A stretch of DNA of 64,000 nucleotides from Octopus vulgaris. Taxonomy: Eukaryota. Positions 1 through 13,440 of the stretch are shown here, in pieces. A program made the translations under genes and the position numbers. The stretch covers positions 33,046,001 through 33,110,000 of the forward strand of contig OX597842.1 of the NCBI GenBank assembly GCA_951406725.2. Reading direction: 5' to 3'. The notes below the pieces were generated by a model. The model saw nothing but the letters and a program-made list of their open reading frames with translations. It did no database searches and had not been told where the DNA came from. Numbering within the stretch: position 1 is the first letter of the stretch; every line of letters begins with the position of its first letter.

Positions 1-99
1 TGACAGTGGCGACGGGCGTCACTCAGGCACACACATATAAAATCACATTTACACACAGATACACACACACACGGTGACAGGTTTCTCCCAACGTCATTG

Positions 100-565
100 C
101 ATATACATATACATGGAGACACACACACACACACACACACATGGAGGCGCAGCACACATCGTTAGGCCCCCACACTCACACACACGTATACACACGCGCA
201 CGCACATACACATACACACACACACTCCTTCGGATACACATAAACACATATATACATTAATACGTATACACACGCAAATATTGACACATACACGCGCACA
301 CACAGATACACACGTACACACACAATGCTCACAGATACACACTCCCTCTCACACACAATCACACACACTTATATACACACACACACACTTTCTCTCTCAC
401 TCGCTCACACTCACACCCACACGCACATACACACACTCACACTTGCACACATTCACACACACTCAAATTAATTATTTCTAATTCCTGTAATTGCCGATGA
501 CAAATTTTTAGGAGGCACGTGAGATACAAAGGTTTAACCCTTGTGACATGACGCTGTCTGTACAC

Positions 566-601
<36 letters not shown>

Positions 602-776
602 CACTACACTCACACATTCGCACACACTCGCACACACTCACACACATTTGCACACACTCACACACACTCACACACACTCGTACAAATTCACACACATTCA
701 CACACACTCGTACACACTCACACATACTCACACACACTCGCACACACTCACACACATTCACACACACTCGCACACA

Positions 777-817
<41 letters not shown>

Positions 818-1199
818 TCGCACACACATTCACACACACTCGCACACACTCACACACACTCGTACACACACACATTCACACATACTCGCACACACTCATT
901 AATACGTATACACACGCAAATATTGACACATACACGCGCACACACAGATACACACGTACACACACAATGCTCACAGATACACACTCCCTCTCACACACAA
1001 TCACACACACTTATATACACACACACACTTTCTCTCTCACTCGCTCACACTCACACCCACATGCACATACACACACTCACACTTGCACACATTCACACAC
1101 ACTCACATATACACATACTCACACACACACTCGCTCACACTCACACACACTCACACACATTCACACACACTTGTACTCACTCACACACACTCACACACA

Positions 1200-1246
<47 letters not shown>

Positions 1247-1591
1247 ATTCGCACACACTCGCACACACTCACACACACTCTCACACACTCACACACACGC
1301 ACACACTCACACACACTGGCACTCACTCACACACACTCACACATTCGCACACACTCGCACACACTCACACACACTTGCACACACTCACACACACTCACAC
1401 ACACTCGTACAAATTCACACACATTCACACACACTCGTACACACTCACACATACTCACACACACTCGCACACACTCACACACATTCACACACACTCGCAC
1501 ACACTCACACACACTCGTACACACACACATTCACACATACTCGCACACACTCGCACACACACACACACACACTCACACACACTCACACACA

Positions 1592-1652
<61 letters not shown>

Positions 1653-1775
1653 ATACACACTCACACACACTCACATTCGCACACACTCACACACATTCGC
1701 ACACTCACACATTCGCACACACTCGCACACACTCACACACACTTGCACACACTCACACACACTTGCACACACACA

Positions 1776-1818
<43 letters not shown>

Positions 1819-1920
1819 ATACACACTCACACACACTCACATTCGCACACACTCACACACACTCGCACACACTCACACACACTCACACACACTCGCACAC
1901 TCTCACACACCCACTCACCC
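100..1920. repeat. Degenerate (CA)n-based satellite with CTCA/CTCG/ATTC variants and internal block duplications
   Basis: Near-continuous CA repeat. Block ~256-465 (attaatacgtatacacacgcaaatattgac...) recurs at ~898-1105, and ~610-895 recurs at ~1335-1560. The HT/CV ORFs here are repeat artefacts. Confidence 0.95.
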
Positions 1921-2009
1921 TCGACGACAGGCGCCCCACACACTCTAGGCGACAAACCACGCTAATCCTTAAATTTTAATCTGTCACGTGCAACTTCTTC
2001 ATTGCTTTT

Positions 2010-2800
2010 CTTTAAACCTAGGTCAGATACTGATCCAACAATCATATGATTAACGCCATCCCAGCCGTGACTATCCGTGTTCTCTTTATGTGGAGCGATC
2101 TCATGTCCATATTTTTAAGACAGCTCGGAATTATTCGAGGGAGATTTGGCTCTCATTTCCAGCATGTTAATGTAAGCTAACTTCTTATTTTTAAAGACAG
2201 TATAATATAAATTTGAGAGACGTTGGCGGTCATTTCTAGCAAGATAGAGTCACCACTTTTCGTTTTTAAAATAGAGTGCAATTTGAGGGAATTTGGCTCT
2301 TATTTCTAGCATGGTGACGTAACAAACTTCAGTTTTTAAGACCATATAGAATAAATTTGAATACGCTTTAGCTGTCCTTTCTAGCAGTGAAGAGTAATTT
2401 GGCTATTATTTCTAGCATGGTAATGTAACTAGCTTCTTTTCATAAAACAGTAGGGTGTAATGTGAAGGAATTTTAGTCGTTATTTCTAGCATGACAGAAT
2501 CAGATCTTCCTTTTAAAATGAAGGAGTTTGTGATTATCATTCCAGTATAGCAAATTAGTTACATTCATTTTTTAAGACATTACAATACACTTTGAAAGTA
2601 ACTTGGCTGTTATTTCTAGCAAGGTAAAATAACGATCTTCCTCTATAAAATAGCATTATGTAATTTGCGGAAGATTTAGTTGTTGTTTCTAGGATACAAT
2701 ATTCACAACCTACTTCTTTCTGAGAATACAATGTAACTTGGCGGAACTGTGGTGTCTCTTTCTAGCGTGGGTGTCACTACTTTCCCTTTTTAAGAGTGTA
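2010..2800 (+). repeat. Old SINE-like segment followed by a degenerate ~70-75 bp tandem array
   Basis: 2011-2080 matches the reverse complement of the 46.4-46.8 kb unit. About 10 units follow, anchored by ttttaagac...tttggctgttatttctagc, with tttctagc-like anchors at ~2157, 2233, 2303, 2378, 2409, 2483, 2613, 2686 and 2759. Confidence 0.75.
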
Positions 2801-2981
2801 CAGTGTAACCTAAGGGAGAAAAATATGATTTACTCTCTTAGAGTGGCACCTGACATTGATTAATGCGAAAATAAATTAGGAGAAACTTATTTCAACAAGA
2901 GTAATACCCTTTGGTAAAACCCACCATACAGCCCTAATGTAAAGCAAGAATCTTACCACAAAGCCACAACTGCACCTTACA

Positions 2982-3021
<40 letters not shown>

Positions 3022-3064
3022 CAAGTATATGGATATGTAATTTATTCCTCTCTCTTTCGCTCTC

Positions 3065-3099
<35 letters not shown>

Positions 3100-3236
3100 C
3101 ATGGCTGTGTGGTAAGAAGCTTGCTTGCAAACCACATGGTTCCGGGTTCAGTTCCATTGCGAGACACCTTGCGCAAGAGTCTTCTACTATAAGCCTTGTG
3201 AGTGGATTTGGTAGAGGGAAACGGAAAGAAGCCCAG

Positions 3237-3297
<61 letters not shown>

Positions 3298-3540
3298 GCA
3301 CACACATACATACATATATATATACATATGTATATGCTCGTGCATCTGTGTTTGTCCCGCACCATCGCTTCACAACCGATGCTGGTGTGTTTATGTCCCT
3401 GAAACTTTGCTGTCCAGGAAAAAGAAACCGATAGAATAGAAGTACTAGGCTTACAAACAACACGTCCTGGGATCGATTTGTTCGACAAAAGACGGTGCCC
3501 CAGCATGGCCGCAGTCAAACGAGTGAAACAAATAAAACAA
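3100..3540 (+). mobile_element. Bipartite tRNA-derived SINE (family A), full length
   Basis: Head tggctgtgtggtaag (A-box-like) and ggttcagttcc (B-box-like), CORE-like ccttgcgcaag, internal (TA)n, tail ...ccagcatggccgcagtcaa...gaaacaa. About 20 homologues lie in this window. Confidence 0.9.
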
Positions 3541-3558
3541 CATATATATATACATACT

Positions 3559-3599
<41 letters not shown>

Positions 3600-4001
3600 C
3601 TACCATCAGTACCACCACAATCACCCCCACAACCACTACCGCCACCACCACCACTACCACCACCACCACCACCACTAACCTTCCCCCCCTCGACCAGACC
3701 AAGACGTATTTCACGCCCCCATGAACCGAAATTGAATTTCCCAACCAATTTCGTTCCTGCTTCATCTGTTGTGTCTCGGTCTCCATCAGCGTAGAAGGCT
3801 GCAGTGAGTGTATATGTGCACTGCCTGCGTGTATATACGCCTGTGTGTGCATGTGCGTTCGTATGGATGCATATACATATTTACATATATATATAAACGT
3901 GCGTATATACATCTATGCACATATATGTATAGATATTATATAGATATACTTATAAATATTTGCGTGTATATATATATACATACATATATATATGTATGTG
4001 G

Positions 4002-4039
<38 letters not shown>

Positions 4040-4270
4040 AAATATATAAGTATATAATAACTTTGTAGGATATTGACACACACATATATATATATGTGTA
4101 TGTTTCTATATATGTGTGTATGTGAGCGTGTCTGTATATTTATATACATGTATATATATGGGTATGTATATATATAACGTATAATACATATATATATATA
4201 TACATATGTATCTCTCTCTGTCTCTCTCCTCCCCTCTCTCTGTATATATATATAAATATATGTGTGCGTG

Positions 4271-4304
<34 letters not shown>

Positions 4305-4384
4305 TGTGTGTGTGTGTGTGAGAGAGAGAATATGTGTGCATTTGTATTTGTGCGTTTATGAACGTAAGCACATAATTTTAAACG

Positions 4385-4422
<38 letters not shown>

Positions 4423-4507
4423 GTATATACACTCGCTCAATTCTATATTCATGCTGTTAATACTGGAACATTGATAAACTAGTAATTGTATCGGTAAGGG
4501 CAACATC

Positions 4508-4536
4508 ATGGTAGCAGCAGCAGCAGCAGCAACAGC

Positions 4537-4596
<60 letters not shown>

Positions 4597-4686
4597 TGTT
4601 GTTGTTGTTGTAGTAGTAGTAGTCGTTGTTGTTGAAGTAGTAGTAGTAGTAGTAGTAGTAGTACTAGTAGTAACAGCAGCAGCAGC

Positions 4687-4718
<32 letters not shown>

Positions 4719-4740
4719 CAGTAGTAGTAGTAGTAGTAGA
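4508..4740. repeat. (GTA)n/(GCA)n trinucleotide microsatellite
   Basis: Seen directly in the sequence. Confidence 0.95.
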
Positions 4741-4747
4741 AAGTGAA

Positions 4748-4985
4748 GGTGTATAGCTCAGTGGTTAGAGCGTCGAGCTTACGATCGTGAGGTTGTGAGT
4801 TCGATTCCCAGACTGGTCCGTGTGTTGTGTTCTTGAGCAAGGCACTTTATTTCACGTTGCTCCAGTTCACTCAGCTTTAGAAATGAGTCGTGACGTCTCT
4901 GGTGCCAAGTGGTATCGGCCCCTCTGCCTTTCCCTTGGATAACATCAATGCCGTGGAGAGTGGGGTGCGACAGGTATGCATGGGT
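4748..4985 (+). mobile_element. tRNA-derived SINE (family B)
   Basis: tagctcagtggttagagcg A-box, gagttcgattcc B-box, then cttgagcaaggcactttatttcacgttgctccag, shared with the copies at 8417 and 11584. Confidence 0.85.
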
Positions 4986-5030
4986 GCGTGGTGTACTTTT
5001 AGAATTGCCGTATTTCATGATGTTGGGGAG

Positions 5031-5088
5031 AGCGGGACGTGAAGTCACCTGGGGCTTCATGTTTCGTCTCCTAGATTCTTCAGTCGTT
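5031..5088 (-). ncRNA. Degenerate type I hammerhead ribozyme motif
   Basis: Minus strand reads aacga-CUGAAGA-aucu agg agac-GAAA-caugaag...cuucac-GUC-ccgcu. The core is intact but there are several A-C mismatches in the stems. Confidence 0.5.
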
Positions 5089-5115
5089 AGCTGAAGCTCT
5101 GGCTAAGAAAACCTC

Positions 5116-5164
<49 letters not shown>

Positions 5165-5340
5165 TATATGTATGTATATATATATGTAAATGTAAAAAAA
5201 TACAAACTGGGACAAGAACGTGAAACATTTAGAAGACGATACAAAAAACACGGACGGGACATTCGAAGCCTTCAATCTTCAGTCAAGAACCGGATCATCT
5301 TCGCAATTTCGGTTGATTAATGTATATATATATGTATATA

Positions 5341-5388
<48 letters not shown>

Positions 5389-5414
5389 TGAGGGCAGGCC
5401 AGCCCTGCCAATAT

Positions 5415-5479
<65 letters not shown>

Positions 5480-5520
5480 CATACACACACACAAACAGAC
5501 ACACACACACATATATATAT

Positions 5521-5885
5521 AGGTGCAGGAGTGGCTGTGTGGTAAGTAGCTTGCTTACCAGTCACATGATTCCGGGTTCCAACCCCTTGCACGGCACCGT
5601 GAGCAAGTGTCTTCTACTATAAACCATTGGCTGACCAAAGCCTTGTTAGTGGATTTGGTAGGTGGAAACTGAAAGAAGCCCGTCGTTTATATGTGTGTGT
5701 GTGTTTATCTGTGTGTCTGTGTTTGTCCCACCCACCATCGCTTGATTAACGATATTGGTGTGTTTACATCCCCGTAACTTAGCGTTTCCGCAAAAGGGAC
5801 CGTTAGAAAAAGTACTAGGTTTACAAAAAGTTAGTCGTGGGGTCGATTTGTTCGACTAAAAGGCGCTGCTCCAGCATGGCCCCGA
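5521..5885 (+). mobile_element. SINE family A, full length
   Basis: Same head, internal microsatellite and tail as 3100-3540. Confidence 0.9.
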
Positions 5886-6816
5886 GGCATAAGACTAGAA
5901 GAATATATAATCTTCCCGTAACACAAGAAATTATAATGCACACAAAACACTGAAAGAAGTGCTCCAGTCTGGGCTTACCCATGCTGTTTAAACCAAAGGA
6001 GTGGAGCTAACCACTCCTCTAACTCAACCACTACCGACAAACAAAAAACGAAGTAAATCCTAAATTTCTCCGGTAGGATTTGAACCAAGCGACATCAATT
6101 TCAAACAAAGCTTAGTTATGCAAAACACATTACACATTCTACTTAACCATGGCGCCGATATGTTAAAAGGGTGACCGAGCCAGTTAGAGGTTAAGTACAG
6201 ATTGAGATATTTCGCTCACGAGAATATTTAATGTCGGCAGATGCGCCATTTTCTTTTCGTCGTATGTGTAGCCATTGGGGAGAAGTTCGTTGTTGTCTTG
6301 TTTTGTCTTCCATTTTTTTCTGACATTTTTAACAAAAAATTTCAGTATTTGTGTGTGTGTGTGTGTGTGTAAGGGTGTATGCGTCGATATATATATATAG
6401 ATGTATGAATGTATACATGTACACACACATACACACACATATATATAGGTATATACACGTATATATAACTATGTATACATGCATATATATATAAAAACCA
6501 GCTTTGTTTTTGCTGAGATTTATCTTGAGAACACATTCTTCGTATAAAATAGCGATTTTGACTTCCATATCTAGCATATAGACTGTCCATTTTTAGTGGT
6601 CAGTCCTCTAAATTTTGTATGTAAAAAATATTTTTGATCTTCGGATTTTGAAAATATGCAGGGCCACTGGTTTTAATTGATTAATATCAATTTCTACCCT
6701 TATTTAATTTTATATATATATATGTATATATATATCTGTCTATCTATCTGCCTATCTAACTATTTATACATACATATATACGTATGTGGAATCATACATA
6801 TATAAACATGAATATC

Positions 6817-6900
6817 TAGTGGTTAAGAGCGCGGGCTACTAACCCCAAGATCCCGACTTCGATTCCAGGCAGTGACCTGAATAATAATAATAATAATAAT
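6817..6900 (+). mobile_element. Short tRNA-like SINE or tRNA pseudogene with (AAT)n tail
   Basis: tagtggttaagagcgcgggctactaacccc...cttcgattcc directly followed by (aat)n. No complete cloverleaf. Confidence 0.6.
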
Positions 6901-6957
6901 AATGTACATAATTCTTCATCTCTTAAATATAGAAATGAATATTTAAAACTGTAAATA

Positions 6958-6989
<32 letters not shown>

Positions 6990-7105
6990 GTATACATACA
7001 GGTATGTTTACATATATTTGTATGTACATATATATATATATATAGTCATATATAAATATATGTAAGCAGATATATACGTGTTGGTATACATTTATGTACG
7101 AGCAT

Positions 7106-7143
<38 letters not shown>

Positions 7144-7169
7144 CTATATATATATATACATATGTATAT

Positions 7170-7274
<105 letters not shown>

Positions 7275-7799
7275 TATACACACACACACACAGATATATA
7301 TATATGTGTGTGCATGTATATATATGTATATACACACATACATATATATATATGCATGTGTGTGTGTATGTATGTATGTATATGTACAATCTCACACACA
7401 CATTCACAAGTGAACATGACAAAAACGTACACATACAAATACATGTATTCTCACAGAAGCACAGTCTCATACAGAAGCACATACGACTATACATCAATTT
7501 ACAACCGTATAACTTATGCAGACATGCACACAAATAGAGACAAGCGCGAAAATAAGACCCAACATCCACGGAAACAAACACACCCAAGCACTTACACATA
7601 CACTCATAAATACAGAGACACACACACAAACCCCAAAACACATATATACACACGATTGCACGCATATACAATATTCTACATACAAACATAAAGACACACG
7701 TAACCAGAGAGCTACAAACATCCACGTTACGTCCTACACACGTCCATACACAGAATTAATAGTGTTAGGTCAATCGTTGGGAACCATTAAAGTAGAATT

Positions 7800-7900
7800 C
7801 GTCGGCCATCTTTTACATAGCCTCGGGGCCGCATGAAATATTCAAGACAAATCTCAAATCGTAATGACTTCCGGTTTATTAATAAACCGGAAGTGATTAA
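7800..7900. promoter_or_regulatory. Candidate regulatory island: YY1 motif plus palindromic double ETS site
   Basis: cggccatctt at 7803, and a perfect 28-bp palindrome acttccggtttattaataaaccggaagt at 7867-7894 containing two CCGGAAGT sites. Confidence 0.5.
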
Positions 7901-7999
7901 CATCTGGCCTCAAATCCTCAATTCATTATTTCGATTTCGTTTCGGATTTCGGAATTGACATGCGTCTATGTGTGTATATAGAGAAATATGAATGAGCTA

Positions 8000-8044
<45 letters not shown>

Positions 8045-8229
8045 ATACATATATAATGTATATACACACATATACATATAAATATACGACGGGCTCCTCT
8101 CAGTTTACATATACATATATACGTGTGTGTGTATATGTGTACATATATACATATATGTATATATATATAAATATATATACATATCTATCTAACTATTTAT
8201 CTATCTATCTATGTCTCTCTCTATATATA

Positions 8230-8284
<55 letters not shown>

Positions 8285-8332
8285 CATACATAAATATATT
8301 TATATATACATACATAAATATATATATATATT

Positions 8333-8399
<67 letters not shown>

Positions 8400-8416
8400 G
8401 TGCACATGCAAACGTG

Positions 8417-8620
8417 GAGGCTCGTGGCTTAGTGGTTAAGGGTGTTGGACTCACGAACCTCAGATAGTGGCTTCGATGTTTCGACCGGGTGCTACATTGT
8501 GCTCTTGAGCAAAACACTTCATTTCTCGTCGCTCCATTCCCCCCTCAGCTCGCAAAAACGAATTATTTTGAGAAGGACCAGCGTCCCATCGATGCAGGAG
8601 AAAAGCAATACTCGAATACC
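8417..8620 (+). mobile_element. tRNA-derived SINE (family B-like), degenerate
   Basis: tggcttagtggttaagg head followed by ctcttgagcaaaacactt. Confidence 0.75.
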
Positions 8621-8669
8621 GGAGATAGAATAATATGTTTTATAGCTTTATCATTAAAACTGCAACTAT

Positions 8670-9795
8670 AGGAGTAGCTGTGTGGTAAGTAGCTTGCTTA
8701 CCAACCACATGGTTCCGGGTTCAGTCCCACTGCGTGTCATCTTGGGCAAGTGTCTTCTGCTATAGCCCCGGGCCGACCAATGCCTTGTGAGTGGATTTGG
8801 TAGACGGAAACTGAAAGAAGCCCGTCGTATATATGTATATAGGCACAGGAGTGGCTGTGTGGTACGTAGCTTGCTAACCAACCACAGGGTTCCTGGTTCA
8901 GTCCCACTGCGTGGCACCTTGGGCAAGTGTCTTCTGCTATAGACCCGGGCCGACCAATGCCTTGTGAGTGGATTTGGTAGACGGAAACTGAAAGAAGCCC
9001 GTCGTATATATATATATATATAGGCACAGGAGTGGCTGTGTGGTAAGTAGCTTGCTAACCAACCACATGGTTCCGGGTTCAGTCCCACTGCGTGGCATCT
9101 TGGGCAAGTGTCTTCTGCTATAGACCCGGGCCGACCAATGCCTTGTGAGTGGATTTGGTAGACGGAAACTGAAAGAAGCCCGTCGTATATATGTATATAG
9201 GCACAGGAGTGGCTGTGTGGTAAGTAGCTTGCTAACCAACCACATGGTTCCGGGTTCAGTCCCACTGCGTGGCATCTTGGGCAAGTGTCTTCTGCTATAG
9301 CCCCGGGCCGACCAATGCCTTGTGAGTGGATTTGGTAGACGGAAACTGAAAGAAACCCGTCGTATATATGTATATAGGCACAGGAGTGGCTGTGTGGTAA
9401 GTAGCTTGCTAACCAACCACATGGTTCCGGGTTCAGTCCCACTGCGTGGCATCTTGGGCAAGTGTCTTCTGCTATAGCCCCGGGCCGACCAATGCCTTGT
9501 GAGTGGATTTGGTAGACGGAAACTGAAAGAAGCCTGTCGTGTATATGTATATATATATATGTATGTGTGTTTGTGTGTCTGTGTTTGTCCCCCTAGCATT
9601 GCTTGACAACCGATGCTGGTGTGTTTACGTTCCCGTCACCTAGCGGTTCGGCAAAAAGAGACCGATAGAATAAGTACTAGGCTTACAAAGAATAAGTCCC
9701 GGGGTTAATTTGCTCGACTAAAGGCGGTGCTCCAGCATGGCCTCAGTCAAATGACTGAAACAAGTAAAAGAGTAAAAGAGTAAAAGAGTAAAGAG
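8670..9795 (+). mobile_element. SINE family A with its 5' module repeated five times in tandem
   Basis: Heads start at 8671, 8848, 9029, 9206 and 9383 (period 177-181 bp). A single 3' module follows at ~9580-9795. Confidence 0.95.
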
Positions 9796-9889
9796 TATAT
9801 CTCAGAAATGTCACATAAACTGGTACTCAGAGTTTAGTAGTATTTTGTGATATTCTTGCGATGTTTTAGCGGCTTTGAGAAAAACGTAT

Positions 9890-10100
9890 ATGGAGTGGCC
9901 GCGTGGGAAGAGGCTTACTTCCCAATCACATGGATCCGGGTTCAGTCCCACTGCGTGGAAACTTGGGCAAGTGTTTTCTACTATAACCTTGGGCTGACCG
10001 AAGCCTTGTGAGTGGATTTCCTCGATGGAAACTGAAAGAAGCTCATCGTGTATATATATACATATACATATACATACATACATATATATATATATATCTA

Positions 10101-10181
<81 letters not shown>

Positions 10182-10363
10182 TTTTTTTCTCTAGTTTCAG
10201 CTCAGAGCTGCGGCCATGCTGATGCACCGCCGTTTTGTGCTACACTGTTATTGCGAAGAACCTCGTCTAATATGTGGCACTTGGTGAAGAATGGAGTTTG
10301 ATATAGCTACTCACATTTGCACCTCTTGCCGTGAGGTAGGTTCATCTGGGACTCATCTGGGAC

Positions 10364-10414
<51 letters not shown>

Positions 10415-10650
10415 GTATGTATGTATGTATGTATGTATGTATATGTATATCTTTGTGTCTGGGTTTGTCCCCCAACATCGCTTGACAACCGATGCTGGTG
10501 TGTTTACTTTCCCGTAACTTAACGGTTCGGCATAAGATACCGATAGATAAATACTAGGCTTACAAAAAAAAAAGACTTGGGTTCGATTTGCTCGAGGAAA
10601 GGTGATGCTCCAGCATGGCTGCTGTCAGATGACTGAAACAACTAAATTAA
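9890..10650 (+). mobile_element. SINE family A split by an inverted SINE-tail fragment
   Basis: Head 9890-10050, tail 10455-10650. The opposite-strand fragment ctagtttcagctc...ggccatgctg at ~10190-10365 sits inside the (TA)n spacer. Confidence 0.85.
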
Positions 10651-10954
10651 TTTTAAAAATAAAACTTAAAAAAAGAATATATATATATAATAAAGGAAAG
10701 AAAATGCGAAGACTTTACATAGTTTTAATATTTTTTATGTATTTTATAATTGAAAGAGTATTGTGTTTGCCTACCGGTTTCGTTTTCGCTAATCATGAAA
10801 TTATTGAAATTTGTTTGATTTCGTATTTTGTCAAGACTTAATGATTAACGAAAGTGAAACCGGTTGGCAAACACAATACTCTTCCACTTATAAAATATAT
10901 TAAAAAATATATTAAAACAATGTAAATTGTGTGCATTTTCCTTCTTTTTTATTA

Positions 10955-11018
<64 letters not shown>

Positions 11019-11075
11019 CACACACACACACATACTGTCATGGCTATATTTTTTTTTACTCAGTAGTGTATATTT

Positions 11076-11487
11076 CGGGGCACGTGGTTAGAATGACTGA
11101 CGAACGACTTCCCAAACAGATCTTCTACTCCCAACTCAAAGACGGCAAGCGTACAAAAGGAGGCCAGAAGAAACGCTACAAGGACTCCCTGAAATCGAAC
11201 CTCAAAAAGTGTGACATCGAATTCACTAACTGGGAGGAAAAGGCAAAAAACAGACCACTCTGGAAAACCACCATCCATGAGGGAACGGCGACATTCGAGT
11301 CGAAAAGGTCTGCAGAGCTGGAGGAGAAATGACGACAACGGAAGGAGCGCCAACAACAACCACGTGCGACTCTCCCTTCCGGCACTAGATGTCCGCACTG
11401 TGATCGATCTTTTCAAGCAAGGATTGGTCTTACCGGTCACCTACGAACTCACCAGTAAATTTGCGCGAAGACCATCATCCTCGACCT
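11076..11487 (+). mobile_element. RTE-clade LINE, 5'-truncated 3' fragment (pseudogenised ORF C-terminus)
   Basis: GHVVRMTDERLPKQIFYSQLKDGKRTKGGQKKRYKDSLK...WEEKAKNRPLWK, an in-frame TGA, then a terminal C2H2 finger CPHCDRSFQARIGLTGHLRTH, a short 3' UTR and a (CAT)n tail. Confidence 0.9.
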
Positions 11488-11583
11488 TGAGGGATTGCCA
11501 TCATCATATATTTCGGGGGTTATTAAGTTACTATTTCTTGTACTTCAATGGATCCCATTAGCACGTATTTTCCTTCCAAGTGA

Positions 11584-11902
11584 GGGCGCGTGGCTTAGTG
11601 GTTAGGGCATTCGGCTCATGATCGTAAGGTTGTGAGTTCGATTCCCGGCGACGCGTTGTGTCCTTGAGCAAGACACTTTATTTCACGTTGCTCCAGTCCA
11701 CTCAGCTGGCAAAAATGAGTTGTACTTGTATTTCAAAGGGTCAGCCTTGTCACTCTCTGTGTCACGCTGATTATCCCCGAGAACTACGTTAAGGGTACAC
11801 GTGTCTGTGGAATGCTCAGCCACTTGCACGTTAATTTCACGAGCAAGCTGTTCCGTTGATTCGGATCAACCGGAACCCTCGTCGTCGTAACCGGCGGAGT
11901 CT
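11584..11902 (+). mobile_element. tRNA-derived SINE (family B), full length
   Basis: tggcttagtggttagg A-box, gagttcgattccc B-box, gtgtccttgagcaagacactttatttcacg central domain. Confidence 0.9.
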
Positions 11903-12069
11903 TTAAATTTTCCTTCCTACTCAAGCTTGGTATATGAGAAACATTTAGCTGCTCTTTTTGCCGATACAGAAACCTTGTGGAGGCCCTCTGAATAAATGAG
12001 ACTAGCAGAAAAAAGACGAACAGACAGATAAGCAAACAAAAGCCAATGTGTACACAACAGAGCATGTGG

Positions 12070-12180
12070 TATGTTTGCACGTGTTTACACTACAACTTCC
12101 GTTTCCGGTCAACAAAATGGCTGCCATATAAATATCTATTGTCTTCTATTGTCCTAAACGCGGACGCGTAGACGTCTTTC
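12070..12180. promoter_or_regulatory. Candidate regulatory island: E-box, ETS and YY1 motifs
   Basis: gcacgtg ~12077, acttccgtttccggt ~12095, caaaatggctgcc 12113, CpG-rich cgcggacgcg. Confidence 0.4.
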
Positions 12181-12286
12181 ATGTATTGTCCCTGTTTTAT
12201 TTCTGATCATTCTTCTCTCTCACTTTCTCTCTCTCCTCTCTCTCTCTTATCTCTATTTCTCCTTTCTCTCTCCCTCTCTCCCTGTC

Positions 12287-12479
<193 letters not shown>

Positions 12480-12786
12480 GTGTACATAAATACGCACTCG
12501 CACACACATATTTTGTGTATGTATGTATGTATATGTATATATATGTGTGTATGTATGTATATATGTATGTAAGTGTGTGTATCGTCCCCACTTCTCTCTT
12601 CTCTCTCTCTTCGTATCAGAGTAGCGGATGTCTATTCCTTATATTCATATCATGCGCTGTGTTTTACTTTCACTCACGCTACATACGTGGCCAAAACTTC
12701 GAATTTACTGTCAACAGCATTGTGTTTAAGAAAAATAAATACGCTACATTATTTATAGAAAAACCCATCAGATTAATGTGGCGTTG

Positions 12787-13166
12787 TTAATTGTGAATGA
12801 AAGCAAACGATGTTGGATCATAGACATAGCATGCCCAGCTGACAACAAGGTATGCGATAAGGAAGAGAGAAAAGACGAGAGATATGACAGGTTAGCTTGG
12901 GAAGTTAAGCAGTTGTGGTCGATGAAAATGGTAGGAGTAGTACCAATAATTGTCGGAGCCCTGGGAACAGTGAGTAAAAATCTTGAGAAGCAGATGAAAC
13001 AAACAGGGGCTGCAGTAAGGTTGGAAGATTTGCAGAATACAGCACTGCTTAGAACTGCTCGAATACTCTGGAAGGTTCTCAGAAAATAAAGGGTGTTATC
13101 TTAGTTCACTGGTAGTGAACAGCTGACACCCTAGTACATCTCCAGCATTAGAAGCTGTGCAAGGAA

Positions 13167-13222
<56 letters not shown>
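12787..13222 (+). mobile_element. R4/Dong-clade non-LTR retrotransposon 3' fragment (restriction-like endonuclease C-terminus)
   Basis: CWIIDIACP...KEERKDERYDRLAWEVKQLW...VVPIIVGALG...LQNTALLRTARIL, stop at 13089, then a 3' UTR and an (AAT)n tail. Confidence 0.88.
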
Positions 13223-13225
<3 letters not shown>

Positions 13226-13227
13226 GA

Positions 13228-13440
13228 ATCCTTTCTATTATAGACACAAGGTCTGAAATTCTGGGGGAGGGGACTAGTTGATTACAATGACCCCAGTGTT
13301 TCACTGGTACTTAATATATCGATCTCGAAAGGATGAAAGGTAAAGTCGACCTCGGTGGAATTTGAACTCAGAACGTAGCGACGTGCGAAATACTGCTAGA
13401 CGTTTCATCCAACGTGCTAACGATTCTGCCAGCTCACCAC
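13228..13440 (-). mobile_element. tRNA-derived SINE (family D)
   Basis: Minus strand gagctggcagaatcgttagc...gagttcaaattcc...tttcatcctttcg...ctggggtc. Homologues at 57986 and 60255. Confidence 0.88.

Noticed and set aside
2110-2800. CRISPR-like repeat/spacer appearance
   Set aside because: Repeats are highly degenerate, the spacers are homologous to each other, there are no cas genes, and the context is eukaryotic.
3680-3810. Unique island with CA|GTGAGT donor
   Set aside because: All plus frames stop before the donor and there is no supporting acceptor or promoter cluster.
5200-5320. Possible hammerheads in the 5200/36060/44890 repeat family (minus CUGAAGA/CUGAGGA)
   Set aside because: No correctly placed GAAA, stem III or NUH could be built.
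8666-9599. 258-aa and 220-aa repetitive ORFs
   Set aside because: Antisense translations of the tandem SINE heads.
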